From Candidatus Thalassospirochaeta sargassi (GTDB taxonomy: Bacteria > Spirochaetota > Spirochaetia > UBA9216): DNA of 64,000 bases. The notes under the pieces were generated by a model. The model was not told where the DNA came from and searched no databases. It saw nothing but the letters and a program-made list of their open reading frames with translations. The stretch spans positions 43,106-107,105 of the forward strand of contig JAQQAL010000009.1 in assembly GCA_028532855.1 (NCBI GenBank). Reading direction: 5' to 3'. A program made the position numbers and the translations under genes. Below are positions 39,251 to 49,106 of the stretch, one piece after another. How positions within the stretch are numbered: the stretch's first letter is position 1; each line of letters starts with the position of its first letter.

Positions 39251-39949
39251 ATGAAGACCTTCGTCTGGTTTGATCTTGGTTATACCCTTCTCTATTTAAA
39301 CCGTGAGAATGCATATCGGCAGGCTTTGAGCGAAGCCGGTATCGAGCTTTCTCTGGATCGCATAGACAGAGGTTTTCATTTTGCAGATAAACTTTTCATG
39401 AGGGAATATCCCGGACTATTCGGAGTTGAAGAACCGGGCGTTTATATGCCATGGTTTATCGGCCGTATGAACTACGAATTGGGTATCCACCTTGATATAA
39501 ATAAGATTATGTCCCGCTGGATCGAGATAAGAAACACTCAGCCGCGGCAATGGGAGGCATACTCCTACTGCCGGCCGGTTCTTTCTGAATTAAAGGACGC
39601 CGGTTATAAACTCGGAGTAATTTCAAACTGGGATAACTCAGCACGAAAGCTGATTGATGATTTCGGGTTAACACAGTTTTTTGATACCATTGTTATCAGT
39701 TCTGAAGTAGGTGTCTCAAAGCCTTCCCCGGAAATTTTTGATATTGCATTTGAAGAATCCGGTTCTTCGCCGGCCGATGGACTGTATGTGGGCGATAACT
39801 ACTACGACGATGCAGTTGGAAGCCGTTCGGTAGGAATGGACTGCTGCATAATCAACCGCTTCGGCAATTTCGGGGTGGAAGAATTGAAAGGCTGCGGCAT
39901 TATTCCGGATATCCGCGGTGTGAAATCCTTCCTGGAATGGATGAAGTGA
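39251..39949 (+). CDS. HAD-superfamily (IA) hydrolase/phosphatase
   Basis: FDLGYTL, ISNWD, KPSPEIF, VGDNYYDD. Confidence 0.9.
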   Translation: MKTFVWFDLGYTLLYLNRENAYRQALSEAGIELSLDRIDRGFHFADKLFMREYPGLFGVEEPGVYMPWFIGRMNYELGIHLDINKIMSRWIEIRNTQPRQWEAYSYCRPVLSELKDAGYKLGVISNWDNSARKLIDDFGLTQFFDTIVISSEVGVSKPSPEIFDIAFEESGSSPADGLYVGDNYYDDAVGSRSVGMDCCIINRFGNFGVEELKGCGIIPDIRGVKSFLEWMK

Positions 39950-40680
39950 AACTTACAATAATAGGCTCAATGGGCGCTTATGCAACTGCGGATAATCCCT
40001 CTTCCGGATATCTGCTGCAGCATGATGGATTCTCACTGATGCTTGATTTCGGGTCGGCGGTACATGCCTCGCTTCAAAGGCATCTTGATTCAGGAATTCC
40101 CGATGCAGTATATTTTTCACATTACCATCCGGACCATACAGCTGATGCCGGTGTGCTGCAGCATGCTGTAAAGGTTCAGACAGATCTTGGTAATCGCAGC
40201 GGATGCCTTCCTTTTTATGGAATGCCCGGGAACGCCTTCTATGAAAAACTAACTTATCACAATTACACAAACAAAGAGCCTGTAATTGCCGGCGAAACGC
40301 ATGCCATCGGTCCTTTCAGTTGCAGTTTCCTTGAGAATCCGCACCCCGACGGAAGTCTTTGCATAAGGGTAGAATGTGCCGGACGAAGCCTTGTTTATAC
40401 CGGGGATACAGGTTGGAACGAAAAGCTTGCTGATTTTGCCGCCGGCTGTGATTTGCTGCTATGCGAATCAAGCCTGTTTAACCGTTTTAAAGGCCTGGTT
40501 CAGGGGCATTTAACAGCAGGTGAGGTTGGCGTTCTTGCCAGCAAGTCCGAAGTCGGTCAGCTTTTGCTCTGTCATTTCCCCCATTACGGTAATATTGAAG
40601 AATTGAAGAATGAGGCCGCTGCTGAATTTGAAGGAATTATAAATTTAGCTTTACCGCAGGCAGTTTATAATTTAACATGA
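39946..40680 (+). CDS. MBL-fold metallohydrolase (RNase Z/YhfI-like phosphodiesterase)
   Basis: SHYHPDH (HxHxDH), YTGDT, GHLT, HFPH; GTG start overlaps the HAD stop (GTGA). Confidence 0.88.
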   Translation: MKLTIIGSMGAYATADNPSSGYLLQHDGFSLMLDFGSAVHASLQRHLDSGIPDAVYFSHYHPDHTADAGVLQHAVKVQTDLGNRSGCLPFYGMPGNAFYEKLTYHNYTNKEPVIAGETHAIGPFSCSFLENPHPDGSLCIRVECAGRSLVYTGDTGWNEKLADFAAGCDLLLCESSLFNRFKGLVQGHLTAGEVGVLASKSEVGQLLLCHFPHYGNIEELKNEAAAEFEGIINLALPQAVYNLT

Positions 40681-40710
40681 ATTAAACAGTCTGCTAACAT
40701 ATGCATAACT
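40672..40710 (+). promoter_or_regulatory. Pho-box-like array upstream of the Dpp/Opp-type ABC operon
   Basis: TTAACA (40672), TAAACA (40683), CTAACA (40694), ATAACT (40705): exact 11-bp period, gene-oriented, 30 nt before ATG 40741. Confidence 0.65.
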
Positions 40711-40740
40711 GCAAACCATTAATTTTAAACAGGGTATTTA

Positions 40741-41667
40741 ATGGGGTTTTTACTATTTATTCTTAAACGCTTTGTCAGACTTTTAGCAACGGTCCTGATA
40801 ATTTCCACGATTATTTTCTTTGTAATAAGGGTTATACCGGGAGATCCGGCTCTTGTTATCGCAGGCATTGACGCATCGGATGAAGAAATTGCATCTGTAC
40901 GCGCAAAGCTCGGAACAGACAAACCAATCGGTGTTCAGTACATTGAATGGCTCGGTGATATTGTGCGCCTGGATTTCGGCGACTCGATGATATCAGGTGA
41001 GCCGGTACGCGAGCTCATTTTTGAACGTTTCCCGCTTACTTTGTCGCTTGCGCTGATGGGCATTTCGCTTGGCATCCTGATTGCCATTCCGCTCGGAGTG
41101 GTTTCCGCCGTCAGAAGGTGGTCGGCCTGGGACTACTTCGGAATGCTGTTCTCTCAGGTTGGGATGGCAATCCCGAGTTTCTGGCTTGCCATACTGCTGC
41201 TGCTTATCTTTGCAGTACGGTTTCCGCTGTTCCCGCTCTTCGGCCTCGGCAGTTTCAGGCACCTGGTGCTTCCGGCCCTGTCTCTGGGTTTTGTCAGGGC
41301 AGCGGTTATTCTGAGGCTAACGCGTGCATCCATGGTTGAAGAACTCTCCAAAGAGTATGTAATCACAGCCCGCGCAAAGGGCCTTACCGAAACAATGGTC
41401 AAATATAAGCATGCTCTGCGAAATGCGCTTATTCCGGTGGTAACAATTACCGGCATACAGTTCGGCTATATGCTCGGCGGCGCAATCATCATAGAGCAGG
41501 TATTTTCGCTGCCCGGGTTGGGGCGGCTTTTTCTGTACGGTATATATCAGCGCGATTTCACCCTTGTGCAGGGCGGGGTTGTGTTCATCGCCGTTGTCTT
41601 TTCGCTGGTCAACTTCCTTGTGGACGTGCTTTACAGCGTGATTAACCCGAAGATAAGGATTTCCTGA
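40741..41667 (+). CDS. Family-5 (Dpp/Opp/Nik) ABC transporter permease, DppB-like
   Basis: PGDPA, DFGDS, IPSFW, EYVITARAKGL, HALRNALIPVVT. Confidence 0.93.
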   Translation: MGFLLFILKRFVRLLATVLIISTIIFFVIRVIPGDPALVIAGIDASDEEIASVRAKLGTDKPIGVQYIEWLGDIVRLDFGDSMISGEPVRELIFERFPLTLSLALMGISLGILIAIPLGVVSAVRRWSAWDYFGMLFSQVGMAIPSFWLAILLLLIFAVRFPLFPLFGLGSFRHLVLPALSLGFVRAAVILRLTRASMVEELSKEYVITARAKGLTETMVKYKHALRNALIPVVTITGIQFGYMLGGAIIIEQVFSLPGLGRLFLYGIYQRDFTLVQGGVVFIAVVFSLVNFLVDVLYSVINPKIRIS

Positions 41668-42719
41668 TGAGCGACAGAGTTAACGACAGTAAAAACAGTG
41701 GCGCAAGCCGCGGTGCAGGCAGCACAGGCGGAACAGTTTTAAAGATTGAGAATCTGCACGTCAGCTTCGGCGAGGGTGAAACCCGGGCCCGTGCCGTCCG
41801 CGGCATCGACCTTGAAATACACCGCGGCGAACTGCACGCCCTGGTAGGCGAATCAGGCTCCGGCAAGACGGTGACCTCTACCTGCGTTCTGGGCCTGCTC
41901 CCGACGCCTCCGGCTATTATAGAGGCCGGAAGCATTTACTATAAAGGACACGACCACGAAGGCGACCTTCTGCAGTTTAGCGAGGATAAGAGGCGCAGAA
42001 CACGCGGACGCGAAATAGCAATGGTGTTTCAGGAGCCCGGCAAGTATCTGAATCCCGCCCTGCGCGTGGGCGAGCAGATTATGGAAATGCTGCGGCTGCA
42101 CCTTGGGTTCAGGGGTGAGGCGGCCGAACAGCGCGCACTTGAAATCCTTGAAACCGTAGGCCTCGGCGGAAACCGAAGGGTGCTTCGCTCATTTCCTCAT
42201 GAGCTCTCCGGCGGAATGAAGCAGCGCGTTATGATTGCAATTGCGATATGCTGCAACCCCTCGCTGCTGATAGCTGATGAGCCCACTACTGCGCTTGACG
42301 TTACGCTGCAGATGCAGATTTTAAAGCTTATAATGCAGCTGCGGCATAAGTTTGACATGGGCATTCTTTTTATATCGCATGATCTGGCGGTGGTGCATGA
42401 TATTGCTGACCGTGTTTCGGTTATATACGCCGGAAAGATAGTTGAATCGGGCAGCCGCGACGAGATATTCAATTCGCCGCAGCATCCGTATACCAGGCTG
42501 CTGCTTGCATCGGTCCCCGACGCGGCAAAGCGCGGGAAAAAACTTGTGACGATAAGCGGCAAAGTTCCGGATGCAGAGCACTTTCCCACAGGCTGTGCAT
42601 TCCACCCGCGCTGTCCGCTGGCTGAAAAACGCTGTGCCGACGAACAGCCCCCCGCAGAGAAGCTTGACGGCAGCAGAAGCGCATCATGTTTCTGCCTTGG
42701 AAAGGAGTGGCCAGCATGA
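41667..42719 (+). CDS. Family-5 ABC transporter ATPase, DppD-like
   Basis: GESGSGKT, FPHELSGGMKQR, DEPTTALD, C-terminal GCAFHPRCP...C...C. Confidence 0.93.
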   Translation: MSDRVNDSKNSGASRGAGSTGGTVLKIENLHVSFGEGETRARAVRGIDLEIHRGELHALVGESGSGKTVTSTCVLGLLPTPPAIIEAGSIYYKGHDHEGDLLQFSEDKRRRTRGREIAMVFQEPGKYLNPALRVGEQIMEMLRLHLGFRGEAAEQRALEILETVGLGGNRRVLRSFPHELSGGMKQRVMIAIAICCNPSLLIADEPTTALDVTLQMQILKLIMQLRHKFDMGILFISHDLAVVHDIADRVSVIYAGKIVESGSRDEIFNSPQHPYTRLLLASVPDAAKRGKKLVTISGKVPDAEHFPTGCAFHPRCPLAEKRCADEQPPAEKLDGSRSASCFCLGKEWPA

Positions 42720-43723
42720 GCAGTATGAACATTGCTAGCAGCGCCGGAAGCGCGCGCAGTTTTATTGAAATTGACAGCCTCGAAAAGACTTTCCACGCCA
42801 GGGGCGCCGGAGCCCGGGGCAAGGGCGGCTTTAAGGCCGTAGACAACGTATCGCTGGATATCGAACGCAACAGCATCTTCGGCCTTGTCGGCGAATCCGG
42901 CTGCGGAAAAACCACGCTCTCACGAGCCGTGCTTTTTCTTGATCCCCCTACCGGCGGCGAAATCAGGATTGACGGCATTGATATGAGAACCCTTTCGGCG
43001 TCCAGACTGCGGACCTTCCGGAAGCGAATACAGATTGTGTTTCAGGACCCGAATTCATCGCTTAATCCCAAGATGTCGATTGAGAACAGCATAAAGGAAG
43101 GTCTGAATAATATTAAATACGCCGCCGGGGAGCCGGAGCGCAGGGCAAAACTCGACAATCGCGTAGACGAGCTGCTTGCACTAGTCGGAATAACACCGGG
43201 GCACAAAACCCGCTTCCCGCACGAATTCTCCGGCGGGCAGAAACAGCGAATTGTAATTGCCCGCGCTCTTTCGGTCGAGCCGGATTTTCTGATCCTTGAT
43301 GAACCTGTCTCTAACCTGGATGTATCGATTCAGGCCCAGATTATTAACCTGCTGCTTGAACTGAAAGAAAAGCTCTCTCTCACATATCTGTTTATCTCGC
43401 ACGACCTGAATCTTGTATCTTATCTGAGCGATAAAATTGCCGTAATGTATAAAGGGCAGATTGTTGAATCAGGAAATACCGAGCGGATCATGGCTGAGCC
43501 GGTTCATCCCTACACAAAGAAGCTCTTTTCGGCAATACCGGGCGTTACAAGGATAGATGAAGAGCAGGAGCTTGTTTTTCATGTTGATGAGCCTGGTTAT
43601 TCCGAAGGCCTTCCAGAGGGATACTGTTTTTATCCTTCAGAACTTGCAGAGGGGGAGGCGCAGGCCTCCCCGCAGATGCTTGAAATCAACGACGGGCACA
43701 GTGTTGCCTGTTTTGAAGCATAG
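42716..43723 (+). CDS. Family-5 ABC transporter ATPase, DppF-like
   Basis: GESGCGKT, FPHEFSGGQKQR, DEPVSNLD, HPYT; ATG 42716 after AAGGAG, ATGA overlap. Confidence 0.93.
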   Translation: MSSMNIASSAGSARSFIEIDSLEKTFHARGAGARGKGGFKAVDNVSLDIERNSIFGLVGESGCGKTTLSRAVLFLDPPTGGEIRIDGIDMRTLSASRLRTFRKRIQIVFQDPNSSLNPKMSIENSIKEGLNNIKYAAGEPERRAKLDNRVDELLALVGITPGHKTRFPHEFSGGQKQRIVIARALSVEPDFLILDEPVSNLDVSIQAQIINLLLELKEKLSLTYLFISHDLNLVSYLSDKIAVMYKGQIVESGNTERIMAEPVHPYTKKLFSAIPGVTRIDEEQELVFHVDEPGYSEGLPEGYCFYPSELAEGEAQASPQMLEINDGHSVACFEA

Positions 43724-43750
43724 ATGAAAACGTTTCAAAAGGAGAAACAA

Positions 43751-45283
43751 ATGAAAAGAATTATTTGTCTAGCCGCAGTTGTAATGCTGCTCGTCCCCGC
43801 TTTTATTTTTGCCGGCGGAGGCCAGGAAGAGCCTGCTGCCGATTCAGCACCCGCTGTAGCGGAGCCGGCAACATTAAAGTTTGCACTACCGGGCAACCCG
43901 GACAGCCTTGATCCTCCGATGACATCGGGAACCCTGACTTTCCAGGTCTGCAAGAGCATATATGATACCCTTGCCGAGCCCGATAAGGACAGCGGAAAAC
44001 TTGTTCCCGCCCTTGCCGAGAGCTGGACGGTTTCCGATGATAATCTGAGCTATACCTTTAATCTCAGAAAGGGCGTAAAATTTCACAACGGCGACACCCT
44101 GACCTCTGCCGACGTAAAGGCTACCTTCGAACGCATTATGGATGAAGAGGGCGGCTCGGTACAGTCGAAAGGCATGAAGGCCGTCACTTCCATTGAGACT
44201 CCCGATGAAAGCACTGTTGTCTTCAATCTTTCCGAAGTCTATGCTCCATTTCTCGGCTTTGTTTCCTCAGGCTGGTGTGCTGTTCTTCCGAAGAGTCTTA
44301 TTGATTCAGGACACAACTTCGATTCCGAGCCTGTCGGTACAGGCCCCTTCAAGTTTGTTGAATGGGTCAGAGACAACAAGATTATTCTCGAAAAGAATGC
44401 TGATTACTGGATGGCCGGTCTGCCTATGGTCGATAACGTTGAGATGTATATTATCCCTGAAACCTCAGTTCAGGTTCAGAGCCTTATGGCCGGTCAGGTT
44501 GATGTTGTATTCATTGTTGATACCGACAGCATTCCGATGCTTGAAGCAAATCCGGATGTATACCTGCAGGAATCTCTGACCTCCCTGATTCTTGTTATGG
44601 CAATGAACTGTGAAAATCCCGTTCTGTCGAACGTAAAGGTTCGTCAGGCCATCAACTATGCAATCGACAAGCAGAAAATCCTCGATATTGCGTACGGCGG
44701 CGGAAAACCGATTAATACCTTCATGGACAGGGCTAACGCCTACTACAACGATGTTGAGTATTACACCTACAATCCCGAGAAGGCAAAGGCCCTTCTCAAA
44801 GAAGCCGGTGTCGGCGATGAAGAGTTTGAACTCTTTCTGCCTCAGAACTATGCGCTTCATGTAACCGCGGGCGAAATGTATCAGGAAATGCTTTCCGATG
44901 TAGGTCTGAACGTTAAGATTCAGCTTGTAGACTGGTCGACATGGATAAGTGACGTTTACAAGGGCGGAAAGTATGATATGACCGTAATCGGCCATACCGG
45001 CAAGCTTGATCCGGACGGAACCCTTAACGGATACGGAGCCGGCAAGTATGTTAAGTGGAACAACGAAGAAACTGCCGCCCTGCTGAAAAAAGCTGCAACA
45101 GTAGTGGGTTATGAAAACAGAAAGCCGCTTTACGACCAGGCGCTCGACATAATGGCACAGGAAGTCCCGTTTGTTTATCTCGGTTCATCAACCCGACAGA
45201 CCGGAATCAGAAACAATGTTGAAGGCTTTGTAATCACACCGAAGCTTGATACATTCGACTTCAGATGGACTGTAGTAAAATAA
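43751..45283 (+). CDS. Family-5 ABC substrate-binding protein
   Basis: Signal ending FAGGGQEE; SLDP, LAESW, LRKGVKFHNG, GTGPFKF, VRQAINYAIDK; SD AAGGAG before 43751. Confidence 0.93.
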   Translation: MKRIICLAAVVMLLVPAFIFAGGGQEEPAADSAPAVAEPATLKFALPGNPDSLDPPMTSGTLTFQVCKSIYDTLAEPDKDSGKLVPALAESWTVSDDNLSYTFNLRKGVKFHNGDTLTSADVKATFERIMDEEGGSVQSKGMKAVTSIETPDESTVVFNLSEVYAPFLGFVSSGWCAVLPKSLIDSGHNFDSEPVGTGPFKFVEWVRDNKIILEKNADYWMAGLPMVDNVEMYIIPETSVQVQSLMAGQVDVVFIVDTDSIPMLEANPDVYLQESLTSLILVMAMNCENPVLSNVKVRQAINYAIDKQKILDIAYGGGKPINTFMDRANAYYNDVEYYTYNPEKAKALLKEAGVGDEEFELFLPQNYALHVTAGEMYQEMLSDVGLNVKIQLVDWSTWISDVYKGGKYDMTVIGHTGKLDPDGTLNGYGAGKYVKWNNEETAALLKKAATVVGYENRKPLYDQALDIMAQEVPFVYLGSSTRQTGIRNNVEGFVITPKLDTFDFRWTVVK

Positions 45284-46099
45284 ATGAATAGATCAAGAAA
45301 TCTGCTGTTTAATGCAGCTGTGATTTTTTTAATTCTAATAGGGGTAGCCGCATTCGCGGCCCCCTTTGTTTCCCCGTACAGTCCGACGGATCAGAATACC
45401 GATATCAGGTTTTCAGCCCCGTCATCGGATCATCTGCTGGGTACTGATAATTTCGGCCGGGATGTTTTGAGCCGGATAATCTACGGCAGCAGACCGGTTT
45501 TGATTGTAGGGCTGGTTTCTGTAGGTGTTGCTGTTATTCTGGGCACAATAGTGGGGCTGGCCGCAGGCCTGGGGAAAACCCTGACTGACAATATTCTTAT
45601 GCTGTTGATGGACAGTATCTTATCGTTTCCGACTATTTTGCTGGCAATAACCGTTGTTTCATTTCTTGGGTACGGGCTTGTACAGGTTATGCTTGCCATA
45701 GGTATAATTTTCAGTCCGGTATTTGCTCGACTTGTCAGGGCTGAGACCCTTTCTATAAAAACCGAGGGTTATGTTGAGGCTTCCAGGGCATTGGGCTCGG
45801 GAATTCTGAAAATAATCTTCAAACACATCCTGCCCAATCTGCTTGGCAAGGTTGTTGTGCAGTGTTCAATTACCTTTGCAACCGCGGTTGTTATAGAAGC
45901 GAGTTTATCCTTTCTGGGGCTTGGAACCCAGCCGCCGGAACCAAGTTGGGGGCTGATGTTGAAAGATGCCCGTAATTATCTGTATCAGGCGCCATGGATG
46001 GCTATCTTTCCGGGTATCGCTCTGGCCCTCTGTGTGCTGTCGTTTAATATTATCGGAGATACTCTTTCCGAAAGGTTGAATCCCAGACTGTTGAAATAA
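45284..46099 (+). CDS. Family-5 ABC transporter permease, DppC-like
   Basis: HLLGTDNFGRDVLSR, YVEASRALG, EASLSFLGLG, WGLML. Confidence 0.93.
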   Translation: MNRSRNLLFNAAVIFLILIGVAAFAAPFVSPYSPTDQNTDIRFSAPSSDHLLGTDNFGRDVLSRIIYGSRPVLIVGLVSVGVAVILGTIVGLAAGLGKTLTDNILMLLMDSILSFPTILLAITVVSFLGYGLVQVMLAIGIIFSPVFARLVRAETLSIKTEGYVEASRALGSGILKIIFKHILPNLLGKVVVQCSITFATAVVIEASLSFLGLGTQPPEPSWGLMLKDARNYLYQAPWMAIFPGIALALCVLSFNIIGDTLSERLNPRLLK

Positions 46100-46119
46100 T
46101 TTATGCCCCGGAGTTTTGT

Positions 46120-46944
46120 GTGAGAATCGGAATACTTTCAGATATCCATGTAGATATAAACTATTACGAAGAAAATGTAGATAAAATAACACCCGCTGTC
46201 TGTGATGCGGTGTTGAATAATAATATCGATGTGTTTATTACAGCCGGGGATATAGCAAGTGATTATGAGATTACACTTGATGTAGTTCGGCGCATTGAAC
46301 GGGCCAGCAGCCGTGACTGTCTCTTTGTTTCTGGAAATCATGATCTATGGAATGAGAATCATCCGGGGATGACGGCAATGGAGACCTATGGTGCAATGGC
46401 TGAGCATCCTTATAATCTGGCCAACGGGCCTGTAAAACTGAAGGACGGATGGACTGCAGTCGGAGATACATGCTGGTATGATTATTCCTTCGGGTCCTCT
46501 GAGCTCTACAGCTTTGAGGACTTTGAGAGAAGAAGCAATAATGAACGGGTCTGGCAGGACAGCATAAAGGCAGTATGGAACCGGCCCGACGCCGAGGTTA
46601 ATGACTGGTTTCTTAAACGACTTGAATCGTCAATTGCCGCTGCTGGCAATGACGATCTTATCGCTGTAAGCCATATGCTGCCAATAGAGGAATTTACTGT
46701 CCCTGTTCCTGATGAAACCTGGGATTATTTCAATGCCTTCCTGGGCAGTCGCCGTCTGGGTGAACTGTTGATGAGCAGCGGAAGGGTTAAATATTCAATC
46801 TGCGGACATGTGCATTATCGTAAGCATGTAGTAAAAAACGGTATTGATTTTTTCTGCCAGTGCCTCGGTTACCGCACGGAATGGAAGGATAATGATGATC
46901 CTTTCATTGAGGTTGCAAACAGCATGAAAATAATCGAAATTTAG
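46120..46944 (+). CDS. Calcineurin-like metallophosphoesterase
   Basis: SDIH, AGD, GNHD, SHMLP, GHVH; GTG start after GGAG. Confidence 0.9.
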   Translation: MRIGILSDIHVDINYYEENVDKITPAVCDAVLNNNIDVFITAGDIASDYEITLDVVRRIERASSRDCLFVSGNHDLWNENHPGMTAMETYGAMAEHPYNLANGPVKLKDGWTAVGDTCWYDYSFGSSELYSFEDFERRSNNERVWQDSIKAVWNRPDAEVNDWFLKRLESSIAAAGNDDLIAVSHMLPIEEFTVPVPDETWDYFNAFLGSRRLGELLMSSGRVKYSICGHVHYRKHVVKNGIDFFCQCLGYRTEWKDNDDPFIEVANSMKIIEI

Positions 46945-48290
46945 CAGATATCCACATAGTTCTCGAAATTAATCCAGATATCCCCGAAAACTGATTCCGG
47001 TACACTGCCTTTTTCATAAGGAGTCAGTTCCCCCCGGTTGGTAATTCCGTTCAGCTTCTTCCATGCAAGCTCGGTTTCTTCAGCACTTACAAAAAGAGTA
47101 TGATCACCTCGTAACGCATCAAGCAGCAGCTTCTGGTAAGCCTCGGGAATATCCTCATTGAAACTATTGCTGTAACAGAAGGCCATGTCGGTACGAGCCA
47201 GCTGCAGATCCATGCCCGGGTTCTTTCCGGTAAGCTGAAGAACTATCCCTTCAGATGGCTGAACCTTGAAAATAATCTCGTTGGGAGCAGTTCCCTCCGG
47301 CGGATTATAGAGTGCGTGAGGGCGTTTTTTGAAACGGAGCCCTATTTCAGTACCCTTGCGATCAAGGGCTTTTCCCGTTCGGATATAAACAGGGGTGCCG
47401 GCCCATCTGTGATTATTGATTTTAAGCTTCATTTCAGCCCAGGTTTCCGTGTCCGAATCGGGAGCTACATCTTTTTCATCGAGATAGCCGCTGTATCTTC
47501 CGCGGCTTACCTCTTCAATCTCAATTGCCTTGAGGATGTTAATCTTCTGGTTTTTAATATCTTCAGGGTCAAGACTCACAGGCGGGTCCATAGTTGTCAG
47601 ACAGAGCATCTGCAGCAGGTGATTCTGAACCATATCTCTGATTGAACCTGCATGATCAAAGTATCCTCCGCGTTCTTCAACCCCGATGGATTCAAAGGCG
47701 TTTATCTGTATAGATTCTATATAATTGCTGTTCCAGGAGGCCTCGAAGATAGAGTTAGCGAAGCGGAAGATTAGAATATTCTGTACAGCTTCCTTTGCAA
47801 GGTAGTGATCGCTTCTGAATATCTGTTTTTCGGAATAGAAGCGGTGGATTGATTCATTCAGCTCATGGGCACTTTCGTAGTCGCGTCCGAAGGGTTTCTC
47901 TATGACAATGTTTACTTCATCTCTGAATCCTTCGTTGTAAAGCCTCTTTATTGTGGAAGCATAACTTGCCGGCGGCAAAGACAGGAAGGCTATTATTTTG
48001 CTGAATTCTCCCTTGCTGCTGATATAGTCCCTAAGACCGTCAATGCCCTGATGGTAGAACAGCTGTTCCCTGAATTCGCAGCATGTGCTGAACCTGTCCC
48101 GGAATTCCTCGTCAGTAAACTCTGAACGTCCTTCTCCGACAATAATCGAATCCGGGGTAATCAGATTCTGTTCTCTCAATACCGACAATGCCGGTATCAG
48201 CTTGCGCCTTGCCAGATCTCCGGATGCCCCCAGAATTATAATTGCGGACTTTTCTTCAACTGCAGTCATTCCTGCTTTTTTGAATATCAT
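46941..48290 (-). CDS. zwf: Glucose-6-phosphate 1-dehydrogenase
   Basis: GASGDLARRKL, EKPFG, RSDHYLAKE, RDMVQNH, RTGK; start 48290 overlaps the pgl stop (ATGA). Confidence 0.95.
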   Translation of the reverse strand: MIFKKAGMTAVEEKSAIIILGASGDLARRKLIPALSVLREQNLITPDSIIVGEGRSEFTDEEFRDRFSTCCEFREQLFYHQGIDGLRDYISSKGEFSKIIAFLSLPPASYASTIKRLYNEGFRDEVNIVIEKPFGRDYESAHELNESIHRFYSEKQIFRSDHYLAKEAVQNILIFRFANSIFEASWNSNYIESIQINAFESIGVEERGGYFDHAGSIRDMVQNHLLQMLCLTTMDPPVSLDPEDIKNQKINILKAIEIEEVSRGRYSGYLDEKDVAPDSDTETWAEMKLKINNHRWAGTPVYIRTGKALDRKGTEIGLRFKKRPHALYNPPEGTAPNEIIFKVQPSEGIVLQLTGKNPGMDLQLARTDMAFCYSNSFNEDIPEAYQKLLLDALRGDHTLFVSAEETELAWKKLNGITNRGELTPYEKGSVPESVFGDIWINFENYVDIC

Positions 48291-49045
48291 ATTTCCATCT
48301 CCGATGCGGCATCTTTGTCGCATATTATTTCAGTTTTAAGTTCAAGCTCACTGCGGCGCAGGATAATCCTTGCCGGAGGAAGCAGTTCAGCCCCGGGTTT
48401 ACCGTTGAGTTCATCCAATAGGCGTCTGAATATACCGGCCTTGCCTGCGCCTGTAACCGTCATAACCAGCTTTCCGGCCGAGGCTATTACCTCCGGACCG
48501 AGGGTTAGACGATTAGGCGGGTTGAACGGCGCTGTAGTCTCAAGGACAGTGCTGTTCCATTCTATATCATGCGGTTGTGGACAGCTACCTGGAAAAAGGC
48601 TGGCGGTGTGTCCATCCGGGCCCATACCCAGAAAAATCAGATCAAAGACGGGCAGCTGGGGCGTTTCATCATTTTTTCCTGCAGTCTGCTCACTGAAATG
48701 TTCTTGAAGCATCCGATTATAGGCGGCAGCATCTGATGCCCAGTGTTCCCTGTCGGCAGAGTTTCCACATTCATCGATAAACAGCTTTCGGGCTGTTCCC
48801 CAGTTGCTTCCGTCGTGGCTGATGTCTACAAGCCGTTCATCTGCCGGAAAGAGAGCGGGCAGCTGCGGTGTGCGAGTTCCCGCTTCGGCATGCAGCTTTG
48901 CCCAGCGGCTGAAAACTGCGTTGTAGGTTGAACCGAATGACAGTGCCGCTGCAGGATTCCCGGCTCCCATTCCGGCAGCTGTAAGCAGCTCATATGTGTA
49001 GGATGCAATTGCATCGACATCATCAAATAATTTAAGATTTATCAT
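48287..49045 (-). CDS. pgl: 6-phosphogluconolactonase
   Basis: LSFGST, DERLV, SNWG, FLGMGPDGHTASLFPG, RLTL. Confidence 0.9.
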   Translation of the reverse strand: MINLKLFDDVDAIASYTYELLTAAGMGAGNPAAALSFGSTYNAVFSRWAKLHAEAGTRTPQLPALFPADERLVDISHDGSNWGTARKLFIDECGNSADREHWASDAAAYNRMLQEHFSEQTAGKNDETPQLPVFDLIFLGMGPDGHTASLFPGSCPQPHDIEWNSTVLETTAPFNPPNRLTLGPEVIASAGKLVMTVTGAGKAGIFRRLLDELNGKPGAELLPPARIILRRSELELKTEIICDKDAASEMEI

Positions 49046-49106
49046 GGTTCAGGCCTCCAGTTGCCCAGGAGATATAGCGCAGATCTCTTATCAGTGATTC
49101 TCGCGT

